Source: an uncultured Bacteroidales bacterium (GTDB lineage Bacteria; Bacteroidota; Bacteroidia; Bacteroidales; UBA10428). From it: a stretch of DNA of 64,000 nucleotides. The stretch is taken from NCBI GenBank assembly GCA_963705125.1, contig CAVPIY010000010.1:45885-109884 (forward strand), in the 5' to 3' direction. Both the position numbers and the translations under genes were made by a program. Positions 19,700 through 29,149 of the stretch are shown here, one piece after another. The notes under the pieces were generated by a model. That model was not told the origin of the DNA and did not search any database. It saw only the letters and a program-made list of their open reading frames with translations. The number at the start of each line of letters is the position of its first letter. Positions within the stretch are counted from its first letter, which is position 1.

Positions 19700-21032
19700 A
19701 TGCGGAGCAGTTTAATCATGGCATTCATTTTTATCTCATCACTTTCAAATTACATGGATTATTTGTTTGCACAAACTTCCTGGACAAAAGAGGCCAATAA
19801 TCCCGTGCTTAGAAGAGATACGGTAATGGCGGATTTCCCGAACGATTTAATTGCAATCAGCGACTGCTGGGTAATCAGTGAAGGTGCCCTGTATAAAATG
19901 TGGTACACCTGCGGCGGACTTAATTATCCTGCTGATACCCTGCTGAGATCAAGACAGTGCTATGCCACATCCCCTGACGGCATCAACTGGACAAAATATC
20001 CGGGGAATCCTGTTTTGGATGTTTCCTATACAGGTGGATCGGGATTCTCTTGGGGTGGAAACGGCAACGGTGATAACCGATATGTCTGCCCCTGAAAACG
20101 AACGGTACAAAATGTGGTATGCAGGACAATACTTTAATTCCTACAGGTATGAAATCGGATATGCCTGTTCTCCGGATGGAATAAACTGGACGAAGCATGG
20201 ATCTCCTGTCCTACAGGTTGGAGCAGCTTCCGAATGGGATAACGGTTTTCTCGAGGGGCCATCGGTAATAAAGGAAGGAAGTTTATATAAAATGTGGTAT
20301 TGCGGATATGATGCAACTGTCGATGGTACCGGAACGGATGGTCAGGCAAATATAGGATATGCAACCTCAATGGATGGGATAAACTGGACAAAACACATCA
20401 ATAACCCGGTTATGACAGTTGATTTGGGGAGCTGGGATGCCGTATATGTCCAGGATCCGCATGTAATAAAGGATGGAGATACATATGCCATGTGGTATGG
20501 CGGAAACGATGCTGACGGATACGGACAACAGGTTGGATTTGCCACATCCCCGGACGGAATCACCTGGAGTAAATCTGGTTTAAATCCGGTGCTGGAAAGA
20601 GGAGACATTACAGCATGGGATGCAAATACAGCTTCTTTTCCTTCAGTTATTAAAGAGGATAACCGGTATGAAATGTGGTATACGGGAAAAGATGTGGCTG
20701 AAGCCTTGCCAAATCAATTGGATTATTATTGGGAAATAGGATATGCAACATCCCTGATAAGCGGTACGCATGAAATAATACATGCCGGCGATGGCTTTAT
20801 CACCCTTTCTCCGAATCCCGTGCAAAACATTTTACATATGCAAATGCCGGCTGAATTAAAAGATGCAGGATTGAAGATTTTCAATACATCAGGACAAATT
20901 GAAATAGGCATTTCAGGCATTAACGGTAGAAACGTACATATTGAAACGGCCAGGCTGAAAAATGGCTTGTATTTTGTGACTATTCAAAATGGCAATTGGC
21001 AAATGCGTGGTAAGTTCGTAATAAACAAATGA
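19700..21032 (+). CDS. T9SS-secreted five-bladed beta-propeller glycoside-hydrolase-like protein (frameshift near 20040)
   Basis: Repeats YKMWY...IGYATS.DGINWTK...NPV; removing one base at ~20040 restores GGWDSLGVE; T9SS CTD. Confidence 0.8.
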
Positions 21033-21102
21033 CTGCAAACAGAACGCCAGCCTGCAGGAGCTGTTCAGTGCAAATGATTCTGTAAGCCGGCAAAGCTTTC
21101 CC

Positions 21103-21588
21103 TTATGTCGACGGATGTTTGTTACCGGAATATTTCACTACTTTATATAACATGATGAAGTTTATTATTGCCAATAATAACATGGGAATCCTTCTATACA
21201 TGAAATCGGTTGATATAAGCCGTTCAATTAATTCTAAAGAAAATTTTTTATCAAGCTCAACTTGAATAGGGATTTGAATAATTATAGTTGAGACAAGGGT
21301 TATTAAATTGAAAAGTAATGCCAACCAAACCAGCCATTTGGGTATAACCACCGGTCGAAACCAAAACAATAGGATCTGGGGGATGAAGGATAAGAAAAAG
21401 AAAAAAACAAATAGCGGAATAATAAGTGAACTATCAATTTGATGAAATTTAGGAAATTCATCTGCGCCCACCCAACGCCATGTCCGATAAGCTACCAGCG
21501 AATTTATGATACCTCCGCCAAAAACATAGAAAGCTATCAGGATATAGACTGAAAATACAACATTTGAAATTTTGTTTTTAATAGCCAT
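21103..21588 (-). CDS. Four-TM membrane protein (DUF1772-like)
   Basis: Hydrophobic helices; Y..W..VG..EF..FH motif. Confidence 0.65.
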   Translation of the reverse strand: MAIKNKISNVVFSVYILIAFYVFGGGIINSLVAYRTWRWVGADEFPKFHQIDSSLIIPLFVFFFFLSFIPQILLFWFRPVVIPKWLVWLALLFNLITLVSTIIIQIPIQVELDKKFSLELIERLISTDFMYRRIPMLLLAIINFIMLYKVVKYSGNKHPST

Positions 21589-21688
21589 TTGATAATTTTT
21601 AAAATATTTTATGAGTATCGGGAATCATGTATAATCATTTATAATCATTATTCCATCTCAGCAGGAAATGTAACTAATTGCAAATTAA

Positions 21689-21903
21689 CCTGAAAGGGTA
21701 TAATATCAATAACCGTGGGTGATAACCCACGGAAAAGAAAACATAAAATACTAGGCAGCCCCGAAGCGGGCTGAACCATATACTGGCAGATCAATTTGCA
21801 GTAAACCATTAAATTCAGCCCGCTTCGGGGCTGAGGTTTGCGGAGGTCTTTAGTTCACCGTGGGTTATCACCCACGGTTATTAAGATGACGCCCTATTCA
21901 GGG
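21689..21903. repeat. REPIN-like nested inverted repeat
   Basis: AATAACCGTGGGTGATAACCCACGG and CAGCCCCGAAGCGGGCTGAA each recur inverted in the right arm. Confidence 0.85.
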
Positions 21904-21951
21904 CTAAAATGATCAGCTCAGAGGATTTTTTATATTATATAAAAGCGATAC

Positions 21952-22323
21952 TCATTTAATTAATAACGGACTCCCTGGCACAGGTACCGGTAAGGGAATA
22001 CTATTCGGGACAATCCTGATTGGTGTCATAAAAGGAGTATCATCAAAGGACTGATTACCATATTTTTCCAGAACAGGATGAACAAACCTGTATAGATAAT
22101 ACCTGTCTTTTTCCGAAGATTCAGAAACCAGCAAATTCTTTTCGTTAATTATCGAATTTAAAGAATTCTCAAAATCTTTATTCATTACGGAAAATGGTCT
22201 TGCATCAATAACGACTATGTCGTTTCCATTAGTTGCGTTTGTAATGATGGGAATATTTGCTTGTGAAAAAGTGGGAATCAAATAGGTACACATTAACACG
22301 AGTAGTAAAAATAACCTTTTCAT
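21952..22323 (-). CDS. Small secreted protein, paralog C
   Basis: Paralog of 9249-9617. Confidence 0.75.
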   Translation of the reverse strand: MKRLFLLLVLMCTYLIPTFSQANIPIITNATNGNDIVVIDARPFSVMNKDFENSLNSIINEKNLLVSESSEKDRYYLYRFVHPVLEKYGNQSFDDTPFMTPIRIVPNSIPLPVPVPGSPLLIK

Positions 22324-22444
22324 ATTCCGATAAGAAGAAATAATTATCTCTGCTAAAGATACAAATAATAAAGTCTTAAGTCAACTGGATTTTGACCAAA
22401 AGACGGATAAAGATTTTTATCCGATTGTTCGGGAACCGGCTGCA

Positions 22445-22473
22445 AAAAAAAGACCTGACAGCAGCCAGGTCTC
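22445..22473 (-). terminator. Intrinsic terminator after the lipoprotein gene
   Basis: AGACCTG...CAGGTCT stem with a T-run on the minus strand. Confidence 0.65.
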
Positions 22474-22544
22474 TATTTGTGCGCCTTTATCGGGCGTAAT
22501 GATTTACTCGAGCCAGACAACTTTATCTGACATACCGGGGAGCT

Positions 22545-23381
22545 CTATTCACAAACCACGTCGTTGCCCTGGCTATCCCAGCAATGCCATACAGCGTCCT
22601 GAAAATAATGTTCGGCTTTTATTCTGCCATTGTATTCGGTTGAACTCCATTCTATGTTCACCGTCATATCTTCTTCTGTACGGTTCCGGGTATTGTAAAC
22701 AACCGTATAAAAGGCATCCAGGGCATTATCCGTAAGTCCGTAGGAAAGGTAACTTCCGGCGGTCAGCTGGTTGGGATCGGCATTGTCAGCTTCATGTATG
22801 TAAGTATATGTTACAGCACCGATTTCATCACCGGTTATCGACCAGTCGATTTGCACTACACCTTCCTGATCAGCATAACTGTGATAGAGTTTCCATTGGC
22901 CACTCATTCCATCCAGGTTTGAAGTCCCCTCAAACCATAAAAACTCATCATGGCCCCCGACACCGTCTTTGGAAATGTACATTTCCCATTTTATATCGCT
23001 TTCCCTTATCATGCCCAGCAATCGACTGTGGTATGTGTTTGCAAGGCCCGTACAGTCGTATTCCCATTGCCAGGTTTTATTTCCCAGGAATTCCGGTGAA
23101 TGACCAAAGGATTGGTAAAATGAAGCAACCGGAACAGCCAGGGTCAGTCCCAGAACCAGGTTCCAGTAACCAACGGTAATTGCGGAAAGGGTATAATTAA
23201 CAGTCGGGTTCGTTTCATCAATTCCCGGGGCCGATTTAGCTGTGGTTGTAAACTTGCTGAAATCAACAGCCATCGATTCATAGGGCGGCAATTGCGGTGC
23301 TTCATCCTTGTTGTTCTTTTCACAACTGCTGATCAGGATGGCGATAAATCCAACAAGCAATAAACTTCTCCTGGTTTTCAT
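22545..23381 (-). CDS. Hypothetical lipoprotein (only full-length copy)
   Basis: LISSC-EKNNKDE lipoprotein signal; 278 aa. Confidence 0.85.
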   Translation of the reverse strand: MKTRRSLLLVGFIAILISSCEKNNKDEAPQLPPYESMAVDFSKFTTTAKSAPGIDETNPTVNYTLSAITVGYWNLVLGLTLAVPVASFYQSFGHSPEFLGNKTWQWEYDCTGLANTYHSRLLGMIRESDIKWEMYISKDGVGGHDEFLWFEGTSNLDGMSGQWKLYHSYADQEGVVQIDWSITGDEIGAVTYTYIHEADNADPNQLTAGSYLSYGLTDNALDAFYTVVYNTRNRTEEDMTVNIEWSSTEYNGRIKAEHYFQDAVWHCWDSQGNDVVCE

Positions 23382-23499
23382 AAACTATTGATTTATGTTA
23401 TAAAAAAAATGACCAAACAATATACGCTTTTGCGGGGGAAAAGTTACGTTTTTCCAGGCAAGACAGGGCTTTTAGAGGTCCTATCCGGGCTCCACACGT

Positions 23500-23590
23500 A
23501 TCAGGCAGGGCTTGGCTATCTCATCAGCCAGTTTCTTTCACACTATACCAACCGCCGGAAAGATGAGTTTGGCGGCTCTCCGGACAAATG
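23500..23590 (+). pseudogene. Fragment of an Old Yellow Enzyme (NADH:flavin oxidoreductase)
   Basis: AGLGYLISQFLSHYTNRRKDEFGGS matches the OYE GYL..QFLS...N.R.D.YGGS signature. Confidence 0.75.
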
Positions 23591-23622
23591 TGGGGTGGTA
23601 CTTGTGGAACTAATTTACATGA

Positions 23623-24729
23623 CTAATTGCCAAGGGATATTGTCTCCCCAACCCGGATGTCCACAAAAGCACCGGGAAATTCCTGCCTGAAAACAGAGAT
23701 GCTTTTATCGGAACTGTCATGTGCCGAAAGCCCTACCAGCTTAACGCTTCTGGCCTTCAGCAATGCACAGTTCATTTTAATATCTTCCACAGTAAGACGC
23801 TCCCAGGGAAGCTTGCCGACAACAATATATTTGTAGATCCATGTTATATTCCGCCCCTCTTCCATGGGATAATGAAAGCCGCCCAGCATGCCATATAAGG
23901 GTTCATCGAACAGAAGGTCAGTGCGCTGCAGTATTTTCTCAATCGACTGGTGCCCGCAGCCTGAGATTATAATAATCCCTTTGTTTTCTACATGAATTGC
24001 CAGGGCCTGTTCTTCGATATCGGCAAAGAAAACCGGATTGTGAATTACCCCGATGGTTGCCACTCCCCGGGCTATTTTGACTGGTAATGGCGTATACATG
24101 GGATTTAGCCCGGGGTAAGACATCTCAACCGGGGTATAAACCGGTATTTGTTTTAACGGCAACTGATAATTGGTGAAAGAAAAAGTATTCCGTTCTGCCC
24201 ACTGATCACCACCGACATGGTCTCCATGGTTATGCGATATGACAATGATGTCAATATCTTCAGGATTGATGCCCAGCCTGGCCATATTTCTCTGCAGGGG
24301 GGAAGGATCTTCATCCTTGCCGTTCACGCCCAGGTCGAACAGGATGGTTGCTTCATCTGTCCTGATCAGGTAGGAAACTCCGCCCTCCCCGGTAAGGCTA
24401 TCGTCGCTTGTAAACCAATCTATCAGGGGGATCATTTCAAAATGTTTCGTTGATCCGATGTCCTTCAGTTTTTTTACAGTACGCTGATCATGGTTCCAGA
24501 TTGAGTCAGCCCGCCTGAGGTTAATCTTGTATTTCTCATACAAATCAACGGGCTCCGCACCAAACCATGAAATCATTTTCGATAAGTTTGAATCGGCTTC
24601 AATCGCTGCATTCATTGTATTAATTTCATCCCGGGTAAGCTTATACGGATCCGTGCTTACCTGGCTTTGTGCCACAGATGATATCGCTGAATAAATCAGC
24701 ATAACCATTATTCCTGCTAAAGGTTTCAT
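23623..24729 (-). CDS. Exported MBL-fold metallo-hydrolase
   Basis: ILFDLG, SHNHGDHVGG, GCGH, GGFH. Confidence 0.9.
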   Translation of the reverse strand: MKPLAGIMVMLIYSAISSVAQSQVSTDPYKLTRDEINTMNAAIEADSNLSKMISWFGAEPVDLYEKYKINLRRADSIWNHDQRTVKKLKDIGSTKHFEMIPLIDWFTSDDSLTGEGGVSYLIRTDEATILFDLGVNGKDEDPSPLQRNMARLGINPEDIDIIVISHNHGDHVGGDQWAERNTFSFTNYQLPLKQIPVYTPVEMSYPGLNPMYTPLPVKIARGVATIGVIHNPVFFADIEEQALAIHVENKGIIIISGCGHQSIEKILQRTDLLFDEPLYGMLGGFHYPMEEGRNITWIYKYIVVGKLPWERLTVEDIKMNCALLKARSVKLVGLSAHDSSDKSISVFRQEFPGAFVDIRVGETISLGN

Positions 24730-25127
24730 GATATTTCCCTCCCGGGCTTTCTTTTAATTCAATCTAAGTTATGGATTATTGAAACAAAAGTCAATTTTAT
24801 TTTAATCCGCCTTCGCGTTCCGCTTCGGGCGGCAGACAGAGCCGGGGTTATTGAACAGGATCATGCCTGGCTGGTGTATTCAATCCCTTTTTGTAAATTC
24901 GATATTTCTGAGCCGGCCGATATCAGGCAGTACAAAACCGGTAATTCATGTCAAGTGACAGCCCTGCGAACAACACCAGATTGTCGGATGAAGGAATCCC
25001 GGATGAATGTATTGGGAAAAAAAGGTATTCATGAAATCTGTTAATATTTTGTAATTTCATACAATCAATTAAAGAACATGTAAATTGTGATTCAATGAGA
25101 ACGGAAATTGATACTATTGAATGAATA

Positions 25128-26179
25128 ATGCGAATTAAGAGTTAAAAATTAAATATATGAATGCAGCTGCGATCCTACCAAAGACATGAACTAACAAACC
25201 TTTTGTGGACCGCACCTTTGACGCTCTTTGAATATCTGTTTTTTCAATAATCCAGTTAAACAACGATTCGATTGGTTGTCTGACACTGGATACTGCCCTG
25301 GAATAAATATCATTGGCTGCTTTATCACGCTGCCTGAGAACCTCAGGTTGGTTTTTGACCGCCTTAACCGGAGTTAGTATTCTTGAATTACAAGAGCTTT
25401 CCATATCCTTTAAAAGTTCCGCATCACAGTAGATCTTATCTCCATAGAAGGTTCTGTTGGGTATATTACTCCAGTTTTGCCTGTGCACGTTCAGATCATG
25501 CTCAGATGCAGGCGTAATCACGATGTTTTCCGGGAATGGAAGATGATTTGGTCTGTGATATGCCAGTGCATGTAGCTTTAAACCAAAGTAATACATGCTT
25601 TTAGTTGAACAGTATCCCTTATCCGTTAATTCTCTGGCTACAGATGGAATCCGTTTTCCGGAACAAGTAATTATGGGAAGTGAATCGATTAAACTGGCAT
25701 CCAGGTCACAGTCATCGGGACGATATCCGGAAAGCACCAATTCTGATAAATGCCGGAATGCCTCGCTTAAGCGATTTATTCTCGTATTATATGCTACATA
25801 GCTTGGAAGCAATGGAAACCAGGATCGCAGATGATCACTTGCGTATTGATGGATTTGCTTTATCTTTAATCGTTGTTCCACGTGCATGGCATATAGATAG
25901 ATTGTCATTATTTCCTGATCTGTAAAATCAGGCTGATTGTTATTGCTGAAGCGCTCACAGAGGCTTCTTAAATTTGAATCATATATATCACAGATATACA
26001 AATAGATAGAAATTAGTTTGAGTTCTTTTACCTTGGGAATCATATTGCCTGACATAATTTGGAGTTATGCCATAATATATTGATTTCCAAGGTTTTAACC
26101 AAATAAAAACATCATAATTTATTGACAATCAGCAATTTATATGTTAATAACTTAATCTATTTCAACCCTTAATTCGCAT
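25128..26179 (-). mobile_element. IS982 family insertion sequence
   Basis: TIRs ATGCGAATTAAG / CTTAATTCGCAT; direct repeat ATGAATAAT at 25121 and 26178 (TSD 5-9 bp depending on the end chosen). Confidence 0.92.
25135..26055 (-). CDS. IS982 family DDE transposase
   Basis: IDSLPI, GYCSTK.MYYFGLKLH, GDKIY, RQPIESLF. Confidence 0.92.
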   Translation of the reverse strand: MSGNMIPKVKELKLISIYLYICDIYDSNLRSLCERFSNNNQPDFTDQEIMTIYLYAMHVEQRLKIKQIHQYASDHLRSWFPLLPSYVAYNTRINRLSEAFRHLSELVLSGYRPDDCDLDASLIDSLPIITCSGKRIPSVARELTDKGYCSTKSMYYFGLKLHALAYHRPNHLPFPENIVITPASEHDLNVHRQNWSNIPNRTFYGDKIYCDAELLKDMESSCNSRILTPVKAVKNQPEVLRQRDKAANDIYSRAVSSVRQPIESLFNWIIEKTDIQRASKVRSTKGLLVHVFGRIAAAFIYLIFNS

Positions 26180-26204
26180 GAATAATAATATATTACGGGA
26201 TGAA

Positions 26205-26918
26205 ATGAAAACAAATGCATGGCTGATTTTAGGATTGTTCGTATCGTTTTTAACTTCCTGTAAGAAAGAAGAAGATGTGCGGCAAAGAGATGCGAATTAC
26301 AATCCGGACATTGATCCGGAGAATTTTACAGAAGGCGTAAATAACGTATTTTTCCAACTGCATCCGGGAACGGTATACAATTATCAGTCACAAACGGAAG
26401 CCGGTCTGGAGACTACAGTGGTAACGGTATTATCGGAAACGAAAATTGTAGCAGGCGTGAATTGTACCGTTGTGAGAGATATTGTCAGCCTGGATGGTGA
26501 GGTTATCGAAGATACCTATGATTGGTATGCACAGGATATTGATGGCAACGTGTGGTACATGGGAGAGGATGTAAGCAATTATGAAAACGGTGAACTGGTT
26601 GATCATGAGGGTTCCTTTGAAGCAGGTATTGATGGGGCAAAACCGGGGATAATCATGATGTCGGAACCGGTGCTGGAAATGCCCTACCGTCAGGAATATT
26701 CTTTCAATGTGGCTGAGGATTGGGGAAAGGTAGTTGCCAAGGGTGTTTCCGTTACTACAACCTACGGTTCCTTTCAGAATTGTTTAAAAACTGCAGACTG
26801 GAATGCACTTGAACCGGATGCACCGTTGGAATACAAATATTATGCTCCGGATGTGGGTATGGTAAAAGAAGAAATCGAAGGAAGCGGTGAATACGTCGAT
26901 TTAATATCCATTGAATGA
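26205..26918 (+). CDS. Hypothetical lipoprotein
   Basis: LTSC-KKEED; DWYAQD.DGNVWY.GE and KYYAPDVG motifs. Confidence 0.8.
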   Translation: MKTNAWLILGLFVSFLTSCKKEEDVRQRDANYNPDIDPENFTEGVNNVFFQLHPGTVYNYQSQTEAGLETTVVTVLSETKIVAGVNCTVVRDIVSLDGEVIEDTYDWYAQDIDGNVWYMGEDVSNYENGELVDHEGSFEAGIDGAKPGIIMMSEPVLEMPYRQEYSFNVAEDWGKVVAKGVSVTTTYGSFQNCLKTADWNALEPDAPLEYKYYAPDVGMVKEEIEGSGEYVDLISIE

Positions 26919-26962
26919 TTTCCGGTACTAATCAGATTACATATAATGTTTGGTAGTGAACT

Positions 26963-28210
26963 ATGTTATACGTGAGGAAGATACTTTTTGTATTTCTTGT
27001 CATATCCTTGTTCCCGGATATGACGGCCCAGCAGCAGGATCTTGGTTATTACCTGGACCAGGGATTACAGAACAGTCCGTTGCTGAAGTATTATGAAAAC
27101 CGTTTGCGGTCGGGACATATTGACAGCCTGCGTCTGAGGGCAGGGTTGGGAGTCCAGGTAAGCGCCACCAGTGTCAATTCCTATGCACCCGTTTACCGGG
27201 GCTGGGGATATGACGAGGTAAAGACCGATATTTTTCAGGTGGGTGCCATGGTGGGAATCTCAAGGCAGATAACAGGCGGTAATCATCTCCTGAATAAATA
27301 TCAGGCCCTGAACCTTCAAAACCAATCGGTTTTCCTCGAAGGCAGTCTTTCGGAGAAAGATTTGAAAAAGGAAATTATTGCACAGTACATTCTCGCATAC
27401 GGAGATCAGAAACAGTACCTGGTAAATGCAGAAATACTGGAAGTGATGAAACAGGAGGAACAGGTTGTCAAAAGACTGGCGGAACAGGGTGTGCTGAAAC
27501 AAACCGAATATCTTTCACTGCTGGTAAACCTGAGGCAGCAGGATCTGATCACCTCACAATCGGCAAATCAGACCCGGACCGATATTGAAACCCTGAATTA
27601 TATCTGCGGCCTGTATGATACTGCCCGGGTTAAACTTGCTGAACCGGCTCTGGTGCTGAGTGTTCCGGCTGAGGTGAACAGGACCCCGTTTTATCAACAG
27701 TTTGTTACTGATAGTCTCAGGCTTGTCAATGCCGACAGGCAGATCAATTTTGATTATCGTCCCAGGCTTTCCGTTTATGCCGACGGAGGCTATCTTTCCT
27801 CGCTTGCATATACCCCGTGGAAGAACTTTGGTCTGAGTGCCGGGCTTACCCTGACAGTACCCATCTATGACGGGCGTCAGAGGAAAATGCAGCACGACCA
27901 GGTAGCCATCTCGCAGGAAACCCGCGCCGGTTATCAGCATTTCTTCACGGGCCGGTACAGGCAACAGATCGCTATGCTTACCCGCCAGTTGATGTCAAAT
28001 GATTTACTGGGCCGCCAGTCCAGAGATCAATTAAACTATGCACAAACGCTTGTGGACGCCAACCGGTTGCTGCTTAATTCAGGTGATATAGCTGTAACGG
28101 ATTTTCTCCTTTCGGTAAGCAATTACCTGACCATTAAGATTATCCTGACAGAGAACACGCGCACAAGGTTTAACATTATCAATGAGCTGAACTATTGGTA
28201 CGAGAAATAA
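26963..28210 (+). CDS. TolC family outer-membrane efflux protein
   Basis: Helical OEP pattern, LTVPIYDG; first gene of the RND operon. Confidence 0.85.
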   Translation: MLYVRKILFVFLVISLFPDMTAQQQDLGYYLDQGLQNSPLLKYYENRLRSGHIDSLRLRAGLGVQVSATSVNSYAPVYRGWGYDEVKTDIFQVGAMVGISRQITGGNHLLNKYQALNLQNQSVFLEGSLSEKDLKKEIIAQYILAYGDQKQYLVNAEILEVMKQEEQVVKRLAEQGVLKQTEYLSLLVNLRQQDLITSQSANQTRTDIETLNYICGLYDTARVKLAEPALVLSVPAEVNRTPFYQQFVTDSLRLVNADRQINFDYRPRLSVYADGGYLSSLAYTPWKNFGLSAGLTLTVPIYDGRQRKMQHDQVAISQETRAGYQHFFTGRYRQQIAMLTRQLMSNDLLGRQSRDQLNYAQTLVDANRLLLNSGDIAVTDFLLSVSNYLTIKIILTENTRTRFNIINELNYWYEK

Positions 28211-28221
28211 CGGAACTGCAT

Positions 28222-29148
28222 ATGAAAATAGCACGCGTAATAAGAACTTCCGGATTTCTGACGGTGCTGGCAGCCTGCAGTCATCCTCAGGATACCGGTT
28301 TAAAAGTCCCAGCGGAAGGTCTTTCCCCGGTTACTGTCACCCATGCCGGCTTTGGCAGCCTGACGGATGTTATTACCCTGAATGCCACATCCAGGTTCCT
28401 GTTAAAGACCCCGGTGAAGTCAGATGTCAATGGTTACCTGCAGCAGGTGAATGTCCGCCTGGGACAAAAGATCAGCCGGGGAGAAGAGCTTTTTATCATA
28501 CGTTCAAAGGAATCGGAACATCTGGGGAGTACGATCAGTCAGCTTGATTCCTCACTGCGGTTCAGCGGACTGGTGCATATAAAATCCCCCGCATCCGGGT
28601 ATATAACCGAGCTATCCTGCCAGGCAGGCGATTATGTGCAGGACAGTCAAGTCCTGACCACGGTCAGCGATTGGTCAAGCCTGGTCTTTCTGCTTGATCT
28701 TCCGTATGAACTGAATGGCTGGCTCGCTGAGAATAAAACGGTTGACCTTACCCTGCCTGATGGCCGGAAATTCAAAGGGACCCTTGATTCATCACTGCCC
28801 TTTGTTGATCCGGAATCCCAGACACAGTCCTATATAATCCGTATTCCGGGTATCTCAGCTGTACCGGAAAATCTGGTGGCTGCTGTTCAGTTTATCAGGA
28901 GTTCAAAATCTGCCACAGCAGTGCTTCCCAAGGAGGCCGTTCTTACCAATGAGACCCAGACTGAGTTCTGGATCATGAAAATGACGGATTCCACAACTGC
29001 CGTTAAAGTTTCTGTTACCACGGGACTGGAAACTTCTGACCGGGTTGAGATCCTGGCACCCGTGATCATGCCCTCTGACCTGATCCTTCTCACCGGGAAC
29101 TACGGATTGCCGGATACTGCCAAAGTAATTATCGGGAATAAGAACTGA
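28222..29148 (+). CDS. RND periplasmic adaptor (MFP) lipoprotein
   Basis: LAAC lipobox, IKSPASGYI lipoyl motif, LPKEAVL. Confidence 0.88.
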   Translation: MKIARVIRTSGFLTVLAACSHPQDTGLKVPAEGLSPVTVTHAGFGSLTDVITLNATSRFLLKTPVKSDVNGYLQQVNVRLGQKISRGEELFIIRSKESEHLGSTISQLDSSLRFSGLVHIKSPASGYITELSCQAGDYVQDSQVLTTVSDWSSLVFLLDLPYELNGWLAENKTVDLTLPDGRKFKGTLDSSLPFVDPESQTQSYIIRIPGISAVPENLVAAVQFIRSSKSATAVLPKEAVLTNETQTEFWIMKMTDSTTAVKVSVTTGLETSDRVEILAPVIMPSDLILLTGNYGLPDTAKVIIGNKN

Positions 29149-29149
29149 T

